A stretch of DNA of 55,564 nucleotides from Armatimonadota bacterium (lineage in GTDB: Bacteria; Armatimonadota; Hebobacteria; CAIYQO01): positions 1 to 55,564 of the forward strand of contig JBBQQW010000001.1 of NCBI GenBank assembly GCA_038215455.1. The letters are read 5' to 3'. The notes beneath the pieces are model-generated. The model made no database searches, was not told where the DNA came from, and saw only the letters and a list, made by a program, of their open reading frames with translations. Position 1 is the stretch's first letter. Each line of letters starts with the position of its first letter. Below are positions 50,955 to 55,564 of the stretch, in pieces. The translations under genes and the position numbers were made by a program.

Positions 50955-51164
50955 TCACATGCTATCGTTTTTGGCTATCAGCGGGAAGAGGCTGATGCAA
51001 TATAACCCGGCTACTCCTACCAGTGAATAGACGATTCTACTGATCATCGAAGCGTTGCCACCGAAAAGAAAAGCAACGAGATCGAAACTGAAGGCACCCC
51101 ACAGTCCCCAGTTTACTGCACCCACAATCACCAGTACCAAGGCGATAACGTTAATGAATTTCAT
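50955..51164 (-). CDS. DUF378 family small membrane protein
   Basis: 69 aa with two TM helices and the characteristic IVGA.NWGL.G.F.FDLVA.LFG motif. Confidence 0.8.
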   Translation of the reverse strand: MKFINVIALVLVIVGAVNWGLWGAFSFDLVAFLFGGNASMISRIVYSLVGVAGLYCISLFPLIAKNDSM

Positions 51165-51304
51165 GACATACTCCTTTCTGCTGGTTGTGCATTAAAGTAT
51201 TCATTCATGCACACCGCATTTATAATTTAGCACAGTATTGATCAATAGATGTATGAAAAACAGTACAATTTGTCCTACAGGAGGATATATTTTGCACGAA
51301 TATG

Positions 51305-52150
51305 CTAACTTCTGCCATGATGAATGTATGAATGATCACTTTCCTCACGAAATGTACGTGGGCAGGTACCCTTCATCCGGTGGAAAAAACGGGAGAAGGC
51401 ATAGACATCCGGGAAGTTCAGTTGTCGGGCGATCTCACTGATGCTGATATCGGTGAAATTCAGCAGACGTTCTGCTGTGGCAACACGCTGCAGGTCAATA
51501 CAGGCTTTCAGGGATAGTCCACATTCTTGCTGCATACAAAAGGAAGCATGCCCAGGTGAGTAGCCGAGTTCACGTGCAACATCAGCGACTGTGAGCGCCT
51601 TTCCCGAGTTGATGGCCAGAAAGTTCTCTACCTTATCGGCAAACGATGCTTTATGTGCCTGGTGGCCATCTGCATTAACAACCTGCGTAAGTAATGCAGC
51701 GAGCAGGTATTCGATGGTGGTTGAATCAATTACCGAGAATACCGGGACCTGTGCCAATGTGCTGATCGACTCGATCAATTTTTGCTGTATTCCGGTGGGA
51801 GTAATAATGATAGATTGAGAAGGGTGCGGCACACCAGTGCATTCGAATTTAATCGATAACCACGCAGTTCCGGGGTCGGAATAGCGGAACTCATGGGCAA
51901 CATGTGCGGGAATCAGCGCGAATTGACCGGCAGATATATACTGCACGCCGGTGTTGCTATAAAGCGCAACATCATCCATGGTGATGATATCAATGTGCCA
52001 GAAGGATGGATGCATATGCCGTAAGGTGTTGTATGGTTTTTGCAAGCAAAACCGATGGTGAAACAGATAGTGACACTGCACCTGCTGCTCCATTTGTTTA
52101 CTATTTACCATTTTCGGTGAAAATGCCATCTTATTCTTTAATTCAGCCAT
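51305..52150 (-). CDS. AraC family transcriptional regulator (cupin sensor + HTH)
   Basis: N-terminal cupin-like part and C-terminal double HTH (LTVADVARELGYSPGHASFCMQQECGLSLKACIDLQRVATAERLL.FTDISISEIA.QLNF.DVYAFSRFF). Confidence 0.85.
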   Translation of the reverse strand: MAELKNKMAFSPKMVNSKQMEQQVQCHYLFHHRFCLQKPYNTLRHMHPSFWHIDIITMDDVALYSNTGVQYISAGQFALIPAHVAHEFRYSDPGTAWLSIKFECTGVPHPSQSIIITPTGIQQKLIESISTLAQVPVFSVIDSTTIEYLLAALLTQVVNADGHQAHKASFADKVENFLAINSGKALTVADVARELGYSPGHASFCMQQECGLSLKACIDLQRVATAERLLNFTDISISEIARQLNFPDVYAFSRFFHRMKGTCPRTFREESDHSYIHHGRS

Positions 52151-52225
52151 TTATCCCACCTGCCATCATCAATTATGCTAGCACCAGCAAGAAAATGCAA
52201 TAGCTACATATGAAAGGTGATACTA

Positions 52226-53212
52226 ATGGCAATAAATATTGGTGTATTGATTCCTGCACCGCAGCGTGATCTTCTGTTTACGTCAGAGGATCAAGCCCGC
52301 CTGGCAGCGTTGGGGGTGGTTCGTTGGAATGAATCTGCTGCACAGCTCTCCATAGATGAGGCGTGCGAATTCCTTGCAGATTGTGAAATCGGGGTTGGTT
52401 CATGGGGAACGGCTTCTCCCAATGCACAACTGATGAATGCCTGTCCCAATTTGCGCCTGTGGGAGCACGTTGCTGGGACGGTGAAGCGTATGTTCGGGCC
52501 ACACCTGGATGGGCGCGACATCACCATTGCCACCTGTGCTCCGGCTATCGCCGAGAATGTCGCGGAGATGACCATCGGTGAGTTGATCATCGGTCTGAAG
52601 CGCGTGCTGGAGAATGCTGCCGGTAATCGTTGCAATGGTGCTGGCAAGCCAACGAATAGTCGTACTCTGGGCAACTCCACCATCGGGGTAATCGGTGCCT
52701 CCAGTGTTGGTCGACATGTTATCCGCCTGCTGCAGCCTTTCGGTGCCACGGTGCTGCTATATGATCCATTTGTCAGCGAGAGCGAAGCAGCTAAACTGGG
52801 AGTTAAACTGATGTCAGATCTCACCGAACTCTGCGCGCTGAGTAATGCGGTGACATTGCATACGCCATCACTCCCGGCGACAAATAAGCTGGTCGGGGCG
52901 AAAGAACTCCAGGCGATGCGGGATGATGTGGTATTCATCAACACCTCGCGCGGAGACTGTGTTGATGAGCAAGCGCTCATAAGTGAGTTAGAAAAGGGGC
53001 GTCTATTTGCTTTCCTAGATGTTACAAACCCGGAACCCGCGGCACAGGATAGCCCATTACGTTCGCTGCCCAATGTAGTATACACACTGCATATCGCCGG
53101 CGGGCCAGACGTAAAACTCGGGCGACAGGCGGTAGACGATATCGCTGCTTTCATGCGTGGCGAAGAACCGCTGATGGCAGTACGCCCGGAGATGCTCTCA
53201 CGGTTGGCATAA
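52226..53212 (+). CDS. D-isomer-specific 2-hydroxyacid dehydrogenase family protein
   Basis: NAD-binding motif IGVIGASSVGRHVIRLLQPFGATVLLYDP; catalytic region LHTP....T..L.G..EL..M.....FINTSRG..VDE.AL...L..G...A.LDV. ATG 52226 lies 5 nt after AAAGGTGA. Confidence 0.85.
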   Translation: MAINIGVLIPAPQRDLLFTSEDQARLAALGVVRWNESAAQLSIDEACEFLADCEIGVGSWGTASPNAQLMNACPNLRLWEHVAGTVKRMFGPHLDGRDITIATCAPAIAENVAEMTIGELIIGLKRVLENAAGNRCNGAGKPTNSRTLGNSTIGVIGASSVGRHVIRLLQPFGATVLLYDPFVSESEAAKLGVKLMSDLTELCALSNAVTLHTPSLPATNKLVGAKELQAMRDDVVFINTSRGDCVDEQALISELEKGRLFAFLDVTNPEPAAQDSPLRSLPNVVYTLHIAGGPDVKLGRQAVDDIAAFMRGEEPLMAVRPEMLSRLA

Positions 53213-53223
53213 ATGAGGACTAG

Positions 53224-54072
53224 ATGCATATAACTTTAAGTATATTCCCGAAATTCTTTCAACATTTATCACTTGCAGAATTGCCGGCAATGATACATGA
53301 TGTCGGATTGGACACCTGCAATCTGGTGATTCGCGATGGTTTCTGGGTGTCGGAGAGTAACCTGGCGGTTGACCTTCCTGTCTACGTCCGCACTATGGCG
53401 GACGCGGGATTTCAGGTGACTTTCGCCACCACCGGCTATAGCGCTGAAGCGCTCATCGCTGACCCTAGTCCGTTGGGGATACTGGCAGAGAATGGGATCA
53501 AGGAATTTCGTATCGGCTACTTCCGGGAGAAGAATGGCGATCCGCATGCTTCGATGGACAAAGCACATGCCCAGATCGGGGCATTGGTGCCGCACTGTGA
53601 GCGCTATAATATCCGTGCTGTGTATCAGGTGCACCACGGCACGCTTATTACTAATTCCTGGGCAGCCTGGCAATTAATTAATGGCATTTCACCGCAATGG
53701 GTCGGCATAGAGCTTGATCCCGGCAACCAGACCTTTGAAGGTATGGAGAACTGGGGGCGTGCGACCCGGGTACTGGGGGATTATCTTGTAGCGCTGGGGA
53801 TCAAGGATTCCATGATGGTACAGGATCAAGCTCGCGCTCATGAACCCGGCAAGGGATGGAGCCGTCAGTGGGTTCCTCTCGATCTTGGTGAGATCAACTG
53901 GTATGACGTGGTGCGGGCCTTGCGGGATAGTCATTTCACTGGCACCGGGGTCTATATGCCTTTTTACGATGAAAATGATGCGATTGCCATGCAGAAAAAT
54001 CTCAAACGTGAGGTCGCATATCTGCGCCGGGTAATAAGCGAAGTGCAGAACGAGGATATAAAAAATGCCTAA
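53224..54072 (+). CDS. sugar phosphate isomerase/epimerase (xylose isomerase-like TIM barrel)
   Basis: Length and metal-site-type pattern (YQVHHGT...IELDPGN...) are consistent with the AP_endonuc_2 / xylose-isomerase-like fold. This is a recognition-level call. Confidence 0.65.
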   Translation: MHITLSIFPKFFQHLSLAELPAMIHDVGLDTCNLVIRDGFWVSESNLAVDLPVYVRTMADAGFQVTFATTGYSAEALIADPSPLGILAENGIKEFRIGYFREKNGDPHASMDKAHAQIGALVPHCERYNIRAVYQVHHGTLITNSWAAWQLINGISPQWVGIELDPGNQTFEGMENWGRATRVLGDYLVALGIKDSMMVQDQARAHEPGKGWSRQWVPLDLGEINWYDVVRALRDSHFTGTGVYMPFYDENDAIAMQKNLKREVAYLRRVISEVQNEDIKNA

Positions 54073-54406
54073 CTATGATATCGTCCAGATGGATGAAATT
54101 TCCGGGGTGCAGTGCCCCTGCGGCACATCACGCCGCGCTTTTGTCTCACCAGATAACCCGGTAGCGACGATGCATATGGTGGATATCACCATTGATGCCC
54201 GTACCCACTATCACAAGAAGCTCACGGAGATCTACCTGATATTGGAGGGTGAGGGACATATGGAACTGGACGGAGAGTTAATCCCCGTCAAACCGCTCAC
54301 CGCCATATTCATCAAGCCCGGTTGCCGGCATCGGGCCGTCGGCAACCTGCGCATCGTCAATATCCCAATACCAGCATTTGATCCGGATGATGAGTGGTTC
54401 GACTGA
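54065..54406 (+). CDS. cupin domain protein
   Basis: HYHKKLTEIYLILEGEGHMELDGELIPVKPLTAIFIKPGCRHRAVG gives the two cupin motifs. It overlaps the upstream gene by 8 nt. Confidence 0.7.
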   Translation: MPNYDIVQMDEISGVQCPCGTSRRAFVSPDNPVATMHMVDITIDARTHYHKKLTEIYLILEGEGHMELDGELIPVKPLTAIFIKPGCRHRAVGNLRIVNIPIPAFDPDDEWFD

Positions 54407-54497
54407 CAGGAAACAAGACCATCACATATTTTACATTAAGTGTGGGGTATATTAGCGATAAGCATAAATTTACCGCTAAGAGGTCATCCCCGGATTG

Positions 54498-54531
54498 AGA
54501 AGGCGACATCGTGTCGCCTTCTTCGCTTTTT
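54498..54531 (+). terminator. probable intrinsic terminator after the AraC-linked sugar module
   Basis: AGAAGGCGACA-tcg-TGTCGCCTTCT followed by TCGCTTTTT. Confidence 0.6.
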
Positions 54532-54563
54532 GTGACTTGAAGCCCACTTCATTACTGATTCCA

Positions 54564-54615
54564 TTGACGGAATGATTCACAGGCTATATACTTGCAATAT
54601 GCAAACGTTGCAAGT
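54564..54615 (+). promoter_or_regulatory. sigma70-type promoter (TTGACG-17-TATACT) overlapped by an inverted repeat ACTTGCAA-N10-TTGCAAGT (candidate MarR operator)
   Basis: -35 at 54564-54569 and -10 at 54587-54592. The inverted-repeat arms are at 54590-54597 and 54608-54615. Confidence 0.5.
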
Positions 54616-55075
54616 TACAAATAATGATGATACGTCAGTAAACGCTGCTGTGGTTGATACAGTAATGAAAGCGATGTTCGTGTTTCGTTCAGAATGGCGC
54701 AAGCAGAAACCAGCTGATATTACAGTGACGCAGTTTCGCGCTTTGGGGTTTATTTTCATGAATCCAGGCGTTTCGCTCTCTGAATTGAAGGATGCGCTTG
54801 ATCTGACTGCATCCTCCGCTTCGCGTATTCTCGATGTGCTGGTGCGGCGCAATCTGGTTTTGCATCAGGTGTGTGATGAAGACCGCCGTCGCGCGCGCCT
54901 GGATGTCACCGAAGATGGTGGGGCGGTATTACGCTATGCCAATGCACGCGTTACAGATTTTATTGGGAATGCATTAGTTAGTCGCACGGCAGAGGAAAAG
55001 GTGCAGATTCATCATGCGATGATTTTACTGAAGGATTCGTTGATGTCGGTTAGAGAATTCACCTTCAATAAGTGA
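54599..55075 (+). CDS. MarR family transcriptional regulator
   Basis: Winged-HTH core ITVTQFRALGFIFMNPGVSLSELKDALDLTASSASRILDVLVRRNLVLHQVCDEDRRRARLDVTEDG. The track start at 54572 falls inside the predicted promoter. I use ATG 54599, though later Met codons are also possible. Confidence 0.8.
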   Translation: MQTLQVTNNDDTSVNAAVVDTVMKAMFVFRSEWRKQKPADITVTQFRALGFIFMNPGVSLSELKDALDLTASSASRILDVLVRRNLVLHQVCDEDRRRARLDVTEDGGAVLRYANARVTDFIGNALVSRTAEEKVQIHHAMILLKDSLMSVREFTFNK

Positions 55076-55096
55076 TACCGCTGGAGAAAGTAAATA

Positions 55097-55564
55097 ATGG
55101 CGGATAGAAACGATAAAACAGATATTAAGAGCGAATTAGTTGACTTCGCTAGTGCGGACGTCAAAACAGCGCTGGAAGTAGAGGAAATGGATAATATAAT
55201 TGATGAAGTGCCTGATGATCAGGGTGAAGTGGCAGAGGTGGCCAAAAAGAGTCCAATAGTTGGAATCATCCTGCTGCTAGTGTTGCTGGGTCTGGTGTTT
55301 GCGGGTTACCATTATTGGCAATATACCTCATCGCACATAACTACCGACGATGCCTATTTGACGGCAGATATCAACTCGATTGCCCCACAGGTGAGTGGCA
55401 CCGTACTGGAAGTGTTTGTGGCTGACAACCAGATCGTGAAAAAAGGCGATCTGCTGGTGCAACTTGATGATGCCAGTTACCGCGCCACATTGGATCAGGC
55501 GAAAGCTAATTTAGATATCGCGGTTGCGCAGGCGGAAGGTGCCGGGATTAGTATTGATCTTACA
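55097..55564 (+). CDS. HlyD/EmrA-type membrane fusion (periplasmic adaptor) protein, C-terminally truncated by the window edge
   Basis: Absent from the track because there is no stop in the window. My translation from ATG 55097 gives MADRNDKTD..., a TM helix PIVGIILLLVLLGLVFAGYHYW, then ITTDDAYLTADINSIAPQVSGTVLEVFVADNQIVKKGDLLVQLDD, the canonical EmrA/HlyD lipoyl-hairpin opening. Confidence 0.75.
   Translation, partial: MADRNDKTDIKSELVDFASADVKTALEVEEMDNIIDEVPDDQGEVAEVAKKSPIVGIILLLVLLGLVFAGYHYWQYTSSHITTDDAYLTADINSIAPQVSGTVLEVFVADNQIVKKGDLLVQLDDASYRATLDQAKANLDIAVAQAEGAGISIDLT

Overview
This 55.6-kb window looks like bacterial chromosome. It is moderately GC-rich, with marked AT-rich patches. 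I support about 50 protein genes and one tRNA-Pro(GGG). I saw no rRNA, CRISPR array, transposase, integrase or phage genes by eye.

The backbone is housekeeping: ftsK, aroQ, an M24 peptidase, secA, purB, purS-purQ-purL, an M16 peptidase, prmC, ymdB-spoVS and infC-rpmI-rplT.

The gene content includes SpoVS, YmdB, DUF378, copper-amine-oxidase-N 'stalk' domains, many PQQ-like and FG-GAP propellers, and an oversized SecA. This suggests an Armatimonadota- or Chloroflexota-like or other deep-branching terrestrial lineage, but that is a low-confidence inference.

Accessory blocks interleaved with the backbone:
- **Carbohydrate block (22.8-28.4 kb):** GT4, GH42 and a secreted beta-helix/FN3 protein.
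- **Secreted paralogue operon (28.5-32.7 kb):** three tandem secreted paralogues with a DUF4424-like domain plus a stalk domain. The first carries a 24-nt-periodic Pro-rich linker and a cyclophilin. G+C falls along the operon.
- **Minus-strand envelope unit (35.1-40.4 kb):** a membrane-anchored PQQ-like propeller is ATGA-coupled to a 1201-aa PpsA/rifampin-phosphotransferase-like enzyme. That enzyme is fused to a polytopic membrane module. I consider this the best candidate for an undescribed system.
- **Divergent propeller pair (40.5-44.7 kb):** an FG-GAP protein and a double PQQ propeller.
- **Sulfur-trafficking operon:** CoADR-rhodanese, TusA and DsrE, apparently reading into tRNA-Pro.
- **Smaller modules:** an AraC-linked sugar module and a MarR-HlyD efflux start at the right edge.

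All family calls come from motif recognition by eye. No searches were run.
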